From: an uncultured Holophagales bacterium
GTDB taxonomy: Bacteria; Acidobacteriota; Thermoanaerobaculia; Multivoradales; UBA5704
Direction: 5' to 3'
NCBI GenBank assembly: GCA_963842525.1
Contig: CAWJGT010000032.1
Location: 32,001-96,000, forward strand
Length of the DNA stretch: 64,000 nt
A model generated the notes under the pieces. It ran no database searches and was not told the origin of the DNA. It saw only the letters and a list, made by a program, of their open reading frames with translations. Every line of letters starts with the position of its first letter. Within the stretch, counting starts at the first letter, position 1. A program made the translations under genes and the position numbers. Below, piece by piece: positions 33,341-42,791 of this stretch.

Positions 33341-34350
33341 GCCGCCTCCCGGACGACGTCGAGGAGGCCGAGCGCCATCTCCTCGGACTCCTCGAGGGCT
33401 TCGGGGCTGCTGCGATCACGGCCATACCACTCGCGCTCGAAGAGGCGGGTCATCTCGATGAAGCGGGCGCGCCAGGTGTGGCCCGGCGCCAGTGCGGAGA
33501 TGTACTCCCAGTTGGTGCGCCCCTTGCGGTAGTGGAGGAGGCCGCGGCGGAAGAGGGCCACCAGCACGGCGTGATACCAGGCGCGGATCGCCTCGCGCTC
33601 CCGTCCGGCCGCGGCCAGCTCGCGGGCATAGCGCTCCCACGCGCCGGTCTCGCGCGACAGCGGGTCCGCGTCCGCGGCCGGGGGCGGCGGCGCGGCCCCG
33701 GATGGCACGGGCTCCTCCTGGCCGCGGCGGCGCCGGCGCAGGGTCCGCCAGGTGAGCCAGGCGGCCGCGACGGCGAGGATCACGACCAGGCCGACGACGA
33801 GCTTGGGCAGGTCGACAAGGTCGAAGAGACCCTTCTTCCTCTCCTTGGGGAGGAGGCCCATCAGCCAATCCTCGAAGCGATCCCAGGCATCGTCAAACCA
33901 GCGGCGGAGCGGCTCGAGAGCCTCCGCGAGGGCGTCTGTCAGTCCAAGGTCCCGCCGGTCGATGCTCCCACCACGAGGGATCTCGGCGAGCTCTTCGTCC
34001 CGTCGCACCCGCTGCAACAGACCGGCGTCGGCCGAGGCCTTCTGGTCTGCGGGGACCTGCGACAAGGCAGCCACCAACTGCGAGAGGCGTGGGGCTGCTG
34101 CACGGGCCGACTCGGCGTTGGGTGCCGTGGCGAGCGGGCGGAGGAGCGACAGGTCCGGCTCGAGCTGCTCACCGCCGAAGGCGATCCGGTCTCCGGAGAG
34201 CTTGCCGGCCTCGGTCCGCGCGGCGATCCAGTCCCCGGAGCGGAGGAGGCCGTCCATCCGGGTGAGCCGCTGGCGATAGGCGTCGACCGAGATCACGTCG
34301 GCCGAGAGGAGGGTGGGGAGGAGGAGGAGAAAGAGGAAAAAAAACCTCAC
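33337..34350 (-). CDS. DUF4129 domain membrane protein (alternative in-frame start at 34518)
   Basis: Signal peptide, TM, A..GREREAIR..Y, GRTNWEY, TRLFEREWYG. Confidence 0.8.
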   Translation of the reverse strand: MRFFFLFLLLLPTLLSADVISVDAYRQRLTRMDGLLRSGDWIAARTEAGKLSGDRIAFGGEQLEPDLSLLRPLATAPNAESARAAAPRLSQLVAALSQVPADQKASADAGLLQRVRRDEELAEIPRGGSIDRRDLGLTDALAEALEPLRRWFDDAWDRFEDWLMGLLPKERKKGLFDLVDLPKLVVGLVVILAVAAAWLTWRTLRRRRRGQEEPVPSGAAPPPPAADADPLSRETGAWERYARELAAAGREREAIRAWYHAVLVALFRRGLLHYRKGRTNWEYISALAPGHTWRARFIEMTRLFEREWYGRDRSSPEALEESEEMALGLLDVVREAA

Positions 34351-34515
34351 CCCCTGTCCCCCTCTCCCATCACCCTCCCCCCGACCGGGAGAGGGGGGAC
34401 GTCGTTGGAGCCGTGGTGCAAGGTAGCGTGCTAGACCCACAAGGACATGAGCTGCGTCCCCCCTCTCCCGGGGCCGGGAGGGTGGGAGATGGGAGAGGGG
34501 GACAGGGGGTGAGGT
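34344..34515. repeat. Palindromic REP/MITE-like element with 28-bp perfect terminal inverted repeats
   Basis: ACCTCACCCCCTGTCCCCCTCTCCCATC (34344-34371) / GATGGGAGAGGGGGACAGGGGGTGAGGT (34488-34515); each arm also forms a CCCCTCTCCC..GGGAGAGGGG hairpin. Confidence 0.88.
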
Positions 34516-35351
34516 CACGCCGCCTCCTCGTCCCCGGCGCGGACGGCCGCGAACCAGGCGCGGAGATCCTCTCCGCTCTGCTGTGCCCGGGCGCGCCACA
34601 CGGTCGCCACCAACGCGGCGAGCCAGAAGGGCTCGACGAGGCTCACCGCGCCGGCCAAGGCCAGGAGCGTGAACTGCTGATTGTTCCAGCTCAACGCGAC
34701 CTGCCACCAGGAGAGATCGAGCCCGGCCGCCCCTTCCGCCAGCCAGAGCAGGAACCAGAAGAGCACCGAGAGGTTCAGGAAGGCGAGGGGCAGCGCGACC
34801 AGGAACACCGTGCTCAGGCCCCACAAGGTGACGAGGGGGCGGAAATGCCGCAAGACCACCAGCAGCGGGGCGAGCGGCCCCGGCCGGTCCTGCAGGGTCG
34901 ACGTGGCCGCGGCGAGGCCGGTCAGCAGGGCGAGGACGGGGAGGGCCAGGAAGGTCCAGCCCACCGCGAAGAAGAGCGCCTCGGCCACCAGGGCGACCCA
35001 GACATAGGAGAGGAAGCTGGCGGGGCTCAGCCGCAGGACCTGGCGCACCGGGATCCGTCCCAGCCCCGGAGCGCCTCCCGACAGGGCGAGGGCACAGGCG
35101 CGTGCGAACACCGCCCGTCCCCAGAGCGCCGGCAGCAGGGCGAGGGTGACGATCCAGGAGACCGCTGTCAGGTGATTCAGATAGCCCGGCGCCTCGTCGC
35201 CGAGCTGCGCGAGCCGGTTGACGAAATGGGCTTCGGCGAAGCGCAGGGGGAATGAAGTGAGGGCCAGCAGGCCGGCCCAGCCGGGCAGCGCCCGCACGAG
35301 GCCGGCCGCCTCGTCCAGCACCGCGGAGACCGGGACGCCGCCGCGGCTCAG
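34515..35351 (-). CDS. Multi-pass membrane protein of the MoxR cluster (start uncertain)
   Basis: Several hydrophobic helices; N-terminal VLDEA and C-terminal R...GEDL pattern typical of this cluster; tight overlaps with both neighbours. Confidence 0.7.
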   Translation of the reverse strand: MSRGGVPVSAVLDEAAGLVRALPGWAGLLALTSFPLRFAEAHFVNRLAQLGDEAPGYLNHLTAVSWIVTLALLPALWGRAVFARACALALSGGAPGLGRIPVRQVLRLSPASFLSYVWVALVAEALFFAVGWTFLALPVLALLTGLAAATSTLQDRPGPLAPLLVVLRHFRPLVTLWGLSTVFLVALPLAFLNLSVLFWFLLWLAEGAAGLDLSWWQVALSWNNQQFTLLALAGAVSLVEPFWLAALVATVWRARAQQSGEDLRAWFAAVRAGDEEAA

Positions 35352-35641
35352 AAGGCCCCCGCCAGGACGGAGCCGATCCAGGCACGCAGGACCGTGATCC
35401 CGAAGAGCAGGCCGACCGAGGCCGCCGCCAGGAGGATCGGCCGCAGGGCCTGTCCGCGTTCGCCCACCGTCGAACGCCGTTTGGCCAGGCACTCGACGCA
35501 CAGGTGGAGCCCTTCCCACAGTGTCGAGCACGACTGGCAGATCGGCTTGCGGCAGTCGACGCAGATCGCCAGCGCCGGACGGTCCGGATGGTAGAAGCAG
35601 CGGGTGGGGGCGGCGAGGTTCGGCAAGCGGTTCCTTCCCAT
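35348..35641 (-). CDS. Small B-box-type zinc-finger protein with C-terminal TM
   Basis: CFYHPDRPALAICVDCRKPICQSC...LCVEC, then a hydrophobic helix. Confidence 0.8.
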   Translation of the reverse strand: MGRNRLPNLAAPTRCFYHPDRPALAICVDCRKPICQSCSTLWEGLHLCVECLAKRRSTVGERGQALRPILLAAASVGLLFGITVLRAWIGSVLAGAF

Positions 35642-35716
35642 TCTATAGGAGCTGGTAGAATCGGTGCGTCAAACGACAACCCAGGCGGAGTCCCGCCGCC
35701 TCGACGCGAGGAGCCG

Positions 35717-36331
35717 ATGCCCTGCAAGAACCACCCCTTTGTCGAAGAACAGTTGACCCGCTGCTCCCGCTGCGGTGAGAGCTTCTGTCCCGACTGCGTG
35801 GTCGCCATCGGCGGCTATCCCTATTGCGCGGCCTGCAAGGTCGAGTCGCTGCGCGATCTGCGCTCGGGAGTCCCCACCCATCAGCTCGAGTTGGCGTCCA
35901 TCGGCAAGAGGTTCTTGGCGCTCATCATCGACAACCTTCTCCTGAGCATCCCGATTGTCATCCTGTTCATCGCGGCCGCCATCCCTCTCGGCCTGTTCTC
36001 GTCGGAATCGGCTCCCGAGGCGGCCGCGGGCGCCATGCTCCTCCTCCAGGGGGTCTTCACCCTCCTGATCCTCGGGGGCGGCATCTGCTATGAGGGCTTC
36101 ATGCTTGCCAACGGCGGGCAGACGGTCGGGAAGAAGGTGCTCAAGATCAAGGTCGTCACCCCCGAAGGCAACGACATCTCGCGAGGCCAGGCCTGGGGGC
36201 GGGCGGCGATGCGCCAAGTCATTTCGGTGTTCTGTTGCGCCTTCCTCGACTACCTCTTCGCCTTCGGAGAGGAGAAGGCCTGCATCCACGACCATGTGGC
36301 GAAGACCCGCGTGGTGGACTGGAATGCCTGA
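35717..36331 (+). CDS. B-box zinc finger fused to an RDD domain
   Basis: CKNHP...CSRCGESFCPDC...CAAC; KRFLALIID; GQTVGKK; IHDHVAKTRVV; GAGGAG RBS. Confidence 0.88.
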   Translation: MPCKNHPFVEEQLTRCSRCGESFCPDCVVAIGGYPYCAACKVESLRDLRSGVPTHQLELASIGKRFLALIIDNLLLSIPIVILFIAAAIPLGLFSSESAPEAAAGAMLLLQGVFTLLILGGGICYEGFMLANGGQTVGKKVLKIKVVTPEGNDISRGQAWGRAAMRQVISVFCCAFLDYLFAFGEEKACIHDHVAKTRVVDWNA

Positions 36332-36920
36332 TCGGACCGTCCGCAGACCGTACGAAGGCCCGGCGTGCCCCTGGTGCGGCAGCGGGCTCGAGCTCCCCCG
36401 GCTGATCGCGGGGGGACAGGTCTGCCCGCGCTGCGTCCGGCCGTTCCTCGCTACGCCGTTCTTCCCGCCGGAGCCCCGGGTGCAGGTCGAGGCGCTCGCC
36501 GCCGCCGGCCCCGAGGGGGCCGTGCCGTGCGCCCGGCATGCCGGCAACGCCGCGGTGGCGAACTGCACGCGGTGCGGCGTCTTCATGTGCTCGCTCTGCC
36601 GGATCGAGATCGACGGCCAGGAGCTGTGCCCGTCCTGCTTCGAGCGCCTGTCCAGCGAAGGGGTCCTCTCCACGGCCCAGAACCGCTACCGCGACTTCCG
36701 CGGCCTGTCGCTGTCCGTGGGGGTCCTCGGCTGCCTGGTCTATTTCCTCGGGCTCCTCACGGGGCCGGTCACGATCTACCTGGCCTATCTGGGATACCGG
36801 CAGAGGAAGCAGATGAACGAGAGCGGTGGGATCGTCTCCCTGGTGGCCGCCGTTCTCCTGGGGCTGTCCCAGATCGGCCTGGGCCTCTTCCTGATCTATG
36901 CCGTGGTGGCCGCACAATGA
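36324..36920 (+). CDS. Zn-ribbon + B-box zinc-finger protein with C-terminal TM helices
   Basis: CPWC...CPRC; CARH...CTRCGVFMCSLC...LCPSC; hydrophobic C-terminus. Confidence 0.78.
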   Translation: MPDRTVRRPYEGPACPWCGSGLELPRLIAGGQVCPRCVRPFLATPFFPPEPRVQVEALAAAGPEGAVPCARHAGNAAVANCTRCGVFMCSLCRIEIDGQELCPSCFERLSSEGVLSTAQNRYRDFRGLSLSVGVLGCLVYFLGLLTGPVTIYLAYLGYRQRKQMNESGGIVSLVAAVLLGLSQIGLGLFLIYAVVAAQ

Positions 36921-37456
36921 GCGAACGGCCTCCCCGGGTCTACATCGGATCGATCCGTTCCTGGGGCGACCGGTCGCGCATCTACCGGACCCCGGAAGCC
37001 CTGGAGATCGACCTCCTCGACCATTACGAGGTCCGGCGGCGGAGGGTGTTTTTCGACGAGGTGCAGCTCGTGACGCTGCACGAGACCCGGGCCGCCGGAC
37101 CATACCCATGGATCCTGGGTTTCCTGGCCCTGTTCTCGTTGCTCTTCGCCGCTCTGCCCCTGCCGCCCTTTGCCCGCACTTTTCTCTTTGTCGTGGCAGG
37201 AGTCTGTGTTCTGGGGGCGATCGTGATGATCGCCTCGCCGGTCTGGATCGTCACCACTTTCGGCAAGCGCTCCCGGGCGCAGATCCGGTTCCGGTTCGTC
37301 GAAGGAAAGGCCCGCTCCATCTACGCCGACATCTGCCGCGCGGCCAGCGAAGCGCAACGCGAGCTGGCCCGCCGGATGGAGCCCGCCGTCCTGGAGGAGC
37401 CCCCGCCGCCGCCCGAGCCCGAGCTGCCGCTCTCGGCGTCGGACGGGCTGGCCTGA
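36917..37456 (+). CDS. Hypothetical membrane protein (2 TM)
   Basis: ATGA overlap with the upstream gene; two hydrophobic helices; Pro-rich tail. Confidence 0.7.
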   Translation: MSERPPRVYIGSIRSWGDRSRIYRTPEALEIDLLDHYEVRRRRVFFDEVQLVTLHETRAAGPYPWILGFLALFSLLFAALPLPPFARTFLFVVAGVCVLGAIVMIASPVWIVTTFGKRSRAQIRFRFVEGKARSIYADICRAASEAQRELARRMEPAVLEEPPPPPEPELPLSASDGLA

Positions 37457-37461
37457 CGATC

Positions 37462-37478
37462 TTGGCATCCGGTTTGCG
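37462..37478 (+). promoter_or_regulatory. Sigma-54 (-24/-12) promoter upstream of cphB
   Basis: TTGGCATCCGGTTTGCG: GG-N10-GC, matching consensus TGGCAC-N5-TTGC. Confidence 0.65.
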
Positions 37479-37491
37479 ATAGAAAAACGGT

Positions 37492-38415
37492 GTGGATGTT
37501 CTTACGCACCCCCACGTGACCCATCCGGGTCTGCTGATCGCCATCGGCGGCGCTGAGGACAAGACCCGCGAACGGGTCATCCTGCGCTATTTCCTGGAGG
37601 CTGCGGGCGGATCTGATGCCAGCATCGTGATTCTGGCCACCGCGTCCGACTTCCCTGAGCTCACCGGCGAGCGCTACGCCGACCTCCTCTACCGGATGCA
37701 CGCAGACTCGGTCGAGGTCCTGCGGGTCGACTCCCGCCACGGCGCCCTGGAGACGGGGGGAGAGGCCCTCGACCTGCTGGAGTACGCCACCGGCCTCTTC
37801 CTGACCGGCGGCAGCCAGCTCAAGTTCTCGTCCATCCTCGGCGGCACTCCCATCGCCGAGGCCATCCGGCGCCGCCACCGGGCCGGCATGGTCGTGGCGG
37901 GCACGAGCGCGGGGGCCGCCGTCCTCTCCGAGCACATGATCGCCCTCGGCGACAGCGGCAGCACGCCCCGCCGCCGGCTCGTCCACATGGCCAAGGGTCT
38001 CGGGCTCGCTCAGAACCTGGTCATCGACCAGCACTTCCGCCGCCGCGACCGGCTGGGCCGGCTGCTGACGGCGCTTTCCTACAACCCCGGCCTGCTCGGG
38101 ATGGGTATCGACGAGGACACCGCCGCCATCATCGAAGCCGGCGGCACGCTGTCCGTCCTCGGCGCCGGCGCCGTGACCGTGGTCGACGGCAGGGGGCTCA
38201 GCTTCACCGACAGCCACGCCGTCCACCGCGGCCAGCCCATCGCCATGATGGGGCTCCGGGTCGACGTCCTCACCACCGGCTGCCGCTACGACCTCGAAAA
38301 GCGGATGGGGTTCCCCCCGGAGGAGACCGTGCGGATCGATCCCCTCACGGAGGAGGAGCTCGCCGAAGAGGAGCTGGACGAGGTCCCGGTCGGCCTGGAC
38401 GACGGCGGCGAATGA
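37492..38415 (+). CDS. cphB: Cyanophycinase
   Basis: LIAIGGAEDK, FLTGGSQ, GTSAGA (catalytic Ser), IDQHF..RDRLGRL, GIDEDTA; near cphA. Confidence 0.94.
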   Translation: MDVLTHPHVTHPGLLIAIGGAEDKTRERVILRYFLEAAGGSDASIVILATASDFPELTGERYADLLYRMHADSVEVLRVDSRHGALETGGEALDLLEYATGLFLTGGSQLKFSSILGGTPIAEAIRRRHRAGMVVAGTSAGAAVLSEHMIALGDSGSTPRRRLVHMAKGLGLAQNLVIDQHFRRRDRLGRLLTALSYNPGLLGMGIDEDTAAIIEAGGTLSVLGAGAVTVVDGRGLSFTDSHAVHRGQPIAMMGLRVDVLTTGCRYDLEKRMGFPPEETVRIDPLTEEELAEEELDEVPVGLDDGGE

Positions 38416-38426
38416 CCCGACAAGAG

Positions 38427-39326
38427 TTATCCGAGCCCGATCTCCTTGAGTGACCGGGCTTTCAACACCCGTCCTGCCAAGTCGGCCAGGCTGTCCAGGG
38501 ACTCGATCTCTTCAATCTGCCGGCGCACCCGGTCGGACACGGTACCGAAACGCTCGCCGAGCAGGTGGAGAACGATCTTCCGCGCCCCCTGTTCCCTGCC
38601 TTCCTCGCGCCCTTGTGCGACCATCCGCTCCGCCCAGGTCATCGACATGGTATGGACCTCCCGGTTGTCTTCGAGGTGGCCCAGGGCTTCGAGCTCCGCG
38701 GCCTCCTCAGGGTTCAATTCTAGATACGATTCGACGCAGTTGACCAGCAGAAGCCGCTGGACGTCGTTCAGCTTCGCGGAGGCGATCCTCCGCAGACAGG
38801 CAAGCTTGTGCTCAGCGCGACGGAGGATGCCGGGGTCCATCAGAGCGGCCAGGGCCCAGGCTAGGGGTTCCGGCCTGGCCAGGAACTCCGCGGCGCTGCA
38901 GCCGGCGAGGCTGAAGCTGAAATAGCGGAATGCTTCGACCTCAGCTCCGAGGATGTCGGCTTCCAGAGTCTCCCGATGGATGCCGGGCTTCCCGCGCCGT
39001 ACGTAGACCACGATGGACAGGACCCAGCAGTTGTGTCGAGCCTGGATCTGGCTGCGGTAGCCCCAGAGCCGCCTTGCCATTCCATCGGTCGCGCGGGCCT
39101 CGATTTCCACGTGCACGAGCAGGTGCTCGCGCCGTTTCTGCCGCAGCGGCACCTTCGCCAGGAGGTCGAGCTCACGGCGGGTCCCTTTCAGCGAGTCCGT
39201 GAAGAACTCCTTGTCCAGGAAGATGGGAGAGGAGAGGTCCAGCTTCGCTGCGATCTGAGGAGCCACCAGACGCAGGAGGTCGGGTAGGAAGGCCCTGAAC
39301 AGGCCTTTGAAGATCCGGTCGTGCAT
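38427..39326 (-). CDS. Rpn/YhgA-like PD-(D/E)XK protein with DUF4351-like C-terminus
   Basis: MHDRIFK, LDKE, DLLAKV, LVHVEIE, EGREQG..LLGERFG tail. Confidence 0.85.
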   Translation of the reverse strand: MHDRIFKGLFRAFLPDLLRLVAPQIAAKLDLSSPIFLDKEFFTDSLKGTRRELDLLAKVPLRQKRREHLLVHVEIEARATDGMARRLWGYRSQIQARHNCWVLSIVVYVRRGKPGIHRETLEADILGAEVEAFRYFSFSLAGCSAAEFLARPEPLAWALAALMDPGILRRAEHKLACLRRIASAKLNDVQRLLLVNCVESYLELNPEEAAELEALGHLEDNREVHTMSMTWAERMVAQGREEGREQGARKIVLHLLGERFGTVSDRVRRQIEEIESLDSLADLAGRVLKARSLKEIGLG

Positions 39327-39406
39327 GACGCGGCTTCTCCCGGAGGACGGGCTGCCGTCCCTCGGCGCGCACGCCTCCGTGTCTACCCCTTAAAAAGACG
39401 AAAAAT

Positions 39407-39423
39407 CGCACCCGAATCTTGCA
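39407..39423. promoter_or_regulatory. Possible NtrC-type enhancer site
   Basis: CGCACCCGAATCTTGCA versus TGCACCA-N3-TGGTGCA; about 100 bp upstream of the inferred sigma-54 start site. Confidence 0.35.
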
Positions 39424-39485
39424 TAACTCGCCAAAGTCGCCGGATTTTTCTGGCGCACGGGGGGGACGGCCCTCGTAGGAAGGAA

Positions 39486-39501
39486 TGGCATGAGCCTTGC
39501 T
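39486..39501 (+). promoter_or_regulatory. Sigma-54 (-24/-12) promoter upstream of cphA
   Basis: TGGCATGAGCCTTGCT: GG-N10-GC with TTGCT. Confidence 0.72.
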
Positions 39502-39569
39502 CGATAAGCCTTCGTGCATCAGGGCTGAGAACACCCGGCTGACACGACGCGACCGCAGGAGCCCCCGCT

Positions 39570-42287
39570 ATGAAGATCCTCGAAACCCGCGTCTATCGAG
39601 GCCCCAACCTCTATGCGCTCTGGCCGATGATCCGCCTGAAGGTGGACCTCGGCGAGCTGGAGCAGTACCCGACCGTCAAGCTTCCCTCCTTTGCCGACCG
39701 GCTGCTCGAGCGGATCCCTTCCCTCCACGAGCACACCTGCGGCCTCGGCGTCTGCGGCGGGCTCGTGCAGCGGATGAAGGAGGATGAGGGGACCTGGATG
39801 GGCCACGTCCTCGAGCACGTCGCCATCGAGCTGCAGAACCTGGCCGGCACTCCGGTCAACTTCGGCAAGACGCGCGGCGAGGGTCTGCCCATCGGGCAGT
39901 ACCATGTGGTCTACAGCTACATCGAGGAGGCGGTGGGACTGGAGGCGGGGCGGCTCGCCCTGCGTCTCATCCGGCACCTCCTGCCGCCCGAGCGGGAAGA
40001 CCATGATGCGTCGCCGTTCAACTTCCGGGCCGAGCTCGAAACCTTCATCCGGATGACCCAGCGCCGTTCGCTCGGCCCCTCGACCGCGGCGCTGGTTCGT
40101 GCCGCCGAGGAGCGGGGCATCCCCTGGATCCGTTTGAACGAGGGCTCCCTCGTGCAGCTCGGCCACGGCAAGTACCAGCGCCGCATCCAGGCAACAGTCA
40201 CCAGCGAGTCGCGGACCATCGCCACCGAGATCGCCTCGGACAAGCGGCTGACCCGCCAGATCCTCGACGACCTCGGCCTGCCGGTCCCCCGTCAGGTCGT
40301 GGTCTACGACGCCGGGGAGGCGGTGGAGGAGGCCGAGCGCCTCGGCTATCCCGTGGTGGTCAAGCCCCTGGACGGCAACCACGGCAGCGCCGTGTCCATC
40401 AACCTCAAGACCGCGGAGGAGGTGAGGGCGGCGTTCGAGAAGGCCAGCCAGGTCGGCTCCCGCGTGCTCGTGGAGGCCTTCCAGCCGGGCAACGACTACC
40501 GCATCCTGGTGATCGACGGCAAGGTCGTGGCCGCAGCCCAGCGGGTGCCCGGGCACGTCGTGGGGGATGGCCGCCACACGGTCCGCGAGCTGGTGGATCT
40601 CGTCAACAGCGATCCCCGGCGCGGCGTCGGCCACGAAAAGGTTCTCACCCGCCTCGTGCTGGACGACCAGGCGCTGCGGCTGCTCGACCAGTCGGGGCTC
40701 ACTCTGGATTCGGTTCCCGCCGAGGACCAGATCGTCTTCCTGCGCTTGACCGGCAACCTCTCGACCGGAGGCATAGCGATCGACAAGACGGACGTCCTGC
40801 ACTACGACGTGCGGGTCATGGCCGAGCGGGCCGTGCGCACCGTCGGTCTCGACGTGGCTGGAGTCGACTATGTCTCGCCGGACATCTCCCGCAGCTACAA
40901 GGACGTGGGCGGGGGGATCGTGGAGGTCAACGCCGCTCCGGGCTTCCGCATGCACCTCGCCCCCACCGAGGGACGGCCGCGGGACGTGTCCGGGCCTGTG
41001 ATCGACATGCTCTTCCCGCGCGGGGCCCCCTGCCGCATCCCGATCGCCGCCATCACCGGCACCAACGGCAAGACCACCACGACCCGCATGGTGGGACACG
41101 TCCTCAAGATCGCCGGCTATCACGTCGGCATGGCCACGACCGACGGCGTCTACATCGACGGCGTGTTGACCGTCCGCGGCGACATGACCGGCCCATGGTC
41201 GAGCCAGCTCGTGCTGCGCGACCCGTCGGTCGACGCCGCGGTTCTCGAGACCGCGCGCGGCGGCATCGTCCGGTCCGGCCTCGGTTGGCGGAAGTGCAAC
41301 GTCGGCGCGGTGCTCAACGTCGCCTCCGACCACCTGGGGCTCGGGGGGATCCGCAGCCTCGACGAGCTCGCGGAGGTCAAGCGGGTCGTCGTCGAGGTGG
41401 CGCAGGACTTCTGCGTCCTGAATGCCGACGACGAACGGGTCGCCGCCATGGCTGAGCACAGCCCCGGCAAGCCGATCTTTGTGACCATGGACTGCCAGAA
41501 CGAGCGGGTGCGCAAGCACATCCGGGAGCGGGGCCGGGCGGTATCGCTGGAGGCCGGCCTCAACGGCCGCCTGCTCGTCCTCTACCAGGGGGAAGAGCAG
41601 ATACCGCTCCTCTGGGCGCGCCAGATCCCGGCCACGATGGAGGGCAAGGCGTTCCACAATATCCAGAACGCCATGTTCGCCGCCGCCATCGCTTCGGGCC
41701 TGGGGGTGGACGTCGAGGACATCCGCCAGGGCCTGCGGACCTTTTCGAACGACTTCTTCCAGGCCCCTGGACGCCTCAATTTTTACAACGAGCATCCGTT
41801 CCGGGTGCTCCTCGACTACGCTCACAACGCCCACGGCATGGAGGCGGTGGCGCGGACCATTCGCGAGCTCGCCGTGCATGGCCGCCGGATCGGCGTGATC
41901 GCCGCGCCGGGCGACCGCCGGGACGAGGACATCTTCGCTCTCGCTGCGGCGGCGGCCCCGGCCTTCGACCTCGTCCTGATCCGGGAAGACGACGACCTGC
42001 GAGGCCGGCCGGTTGGCGAGTCCGGCCTCCTCCTCCGCCAGGGCCTGGTCCGGGCCGGCTTTCCGGCCGAACGGATCGTCGGCAGGATCTACAAGGAAGA
42101 CGAAGCAGTGCTCGAAGCCCTGCGCCTGGCGCGCGCCGGCGACCTCGTAGCCATCTTCGGCGACAAGCTCACCCGCGTCTGGGACCTCATCGTCGGCTTC
42201 AAAAAGGAAGATCCGGAGCCCGAGCCGGTTGTGGAGGAGCGGCGCTGGCTGCGGCCGGTGCCGTTCGAGCGCAGGCTGGCGTCGTAA
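39570..42287 (+). CDS. cphA: Cyanophycin synthetase
   Basis: GPNLYA, HTC..G..GG, GTWMGHVLEHVAIELQ, LGPST, ATP-grasp (VVKPLDGNHG, EVNAAPGFRMH), Mur-ligase domain (GTNGKTTT, ETARGG, DYAHN). Confidence 0.97.
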   Translation: MKILETRVYRGPNLYALWPMIRLKVDLGELEQYPTVKLPSFADRLLERIPSLHEHTCGLGVCGGLVQRMKEDEGTWMGHVLEHVAIELQNLAGTPVNFGKTRGEGLPIGQYHVVYSYIEEAVGLEAGRLALRLIRHLLPPEREDHDASPFNFRAELETFIRMTQRRSLGPSTAALVRAAEERGIPWIRLNEGSLVQLGHGKYQRRIQATVTSESRTIATEIASDKRLTRQILDDLGLPVPRQVVVYDAGEAVEEAERLGYPVVVKPLDGNHGSAVSINLKTAEEVRAAFEKASQVGSRVLVEAFQPGNDYRILVIDGKVVAAAQRVPGHVVGDGRHTVRELVDLVNSDPRRGVGHEKVLTRLVLDDQALRLLDQSGLTLDSVPAEDQIVFLRLTGNLSTGGIAIDKTDVLHYDVRVMAERAVRTVGLDVAGVDYVSPDISRSYKDVGGGIVEVNAAPGFRMHLAPTEGRPRDVSGPVIDMLFPRGAPCRIPIAAITGTNGKTTTTRMVGHVLKIAGYHVGMATTDGVYIDGVLTVRGDMTGPWSSQLVLRDPSVDAAVLETARGGIVRSGLGWRKCNVGAVLNVASDHLGLGGIRSLDELAEVKRVVVEVAQDFCVLNADDERVAAMAEHSPGKPIFVTMDCQNERVRKHIRERGRAVSLEAGLNGRLLVLYQGEEQIPLLWARQIPATMEGKAFHNIQNAMFAAAIASGLGVDVEDIRQGLRTFSNDFFQAPGRLNFYNEHPFRVLLDYAHNAHGMEAVARTIRELAVHGRRIGVIAAPGDRRDEDIFALAAAAAPAFDLVLIREDDDLRGRPVGESGLLLRQGLVRAGFPAERIVGRIYKEDEAVLEALRLARAGDLVAIFGDKLTRVWDLIVGFKKEDPEPEPVVEERRWLRPVPFERRLAS

Positions 42288-42409
42288 CTTTTTCCTCCTG
42301 GGTCGCGTAAGCTTTGTAGACGATCTCAGCGGGCCTTGGCTCGCCACAGGGAAGATGCATGCTGGCCGCCCGGGCGTTCGTCGACGACTCTCAGACGGAG
42401 CGTGAATCC

Positions 42410-42766
42410 ATGTGGATCATCGTCGCAGGCCCCTATCGGACAGGCGCCAGGACACAGGCTGATCGAGACGCCAATCTCCTGGCGATGAACCGCGCCGCGT
42501 ACGAGGTGTTCCGCAAGGGGCACATCCCGGTCATCGGCGTCAATATGGCTTTGCCGGTGATCGAAGCGGCGGGCCCCGAAACGTACGATGCCGTCATGAT
42601 GCCCATGTCCCTGGCCCTGGCAGATCGCTGCGACGCCGCTCTTCGCATCGGAGGTTTCTCGCCGGGCGCAGACGATGAGGTCGAACGGGTGCGAGCGCGC
42701 GGCGGCCGCGTGTATCACAGCGTCGCAGAGATCCCGGAGGCCGCTGCGGCCCACGAAGAGAAGTAG
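42410..42766 (+). CDS. DUF4406-like / nucleoside 2-deoxyribosyltransferase-like protein
   Basis: IIVAGPYR, GHIPVIG, RCDAALRIGGFSPGADDE. Confidence 0.7.
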   Translation: MWIIVAGPYRTGARTQADRDANLLAMNRAAYEVFRKGHIPVIGVNMALPVIEAAGPETYDAVMMPMSLALADRCDAALRIGGFSPGADDEVERVRARGGRVYHSVAEIPEAAAAHEEK

Positions 42767-42787
42767 GGGCGGGGCTTGTCCACGCCC
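42763..42787. repeat. GTAG-type REP-like hairpin between convergent genes
   Basis: GTAGGGGCGGGGCTTGTCCACGCCC (GTAG plus GGGCG..CGCCC stem). Confidence 0.5.
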
Positions 42788-42791
42788 GGTC

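Noticed and set aside
34519-35808. Long N-terminal extension of the 823-aa ORF
   Set aside because: Overlaps two better-supported genes in other frames; the real DUF4129 protein starts at 34350 or 34518.
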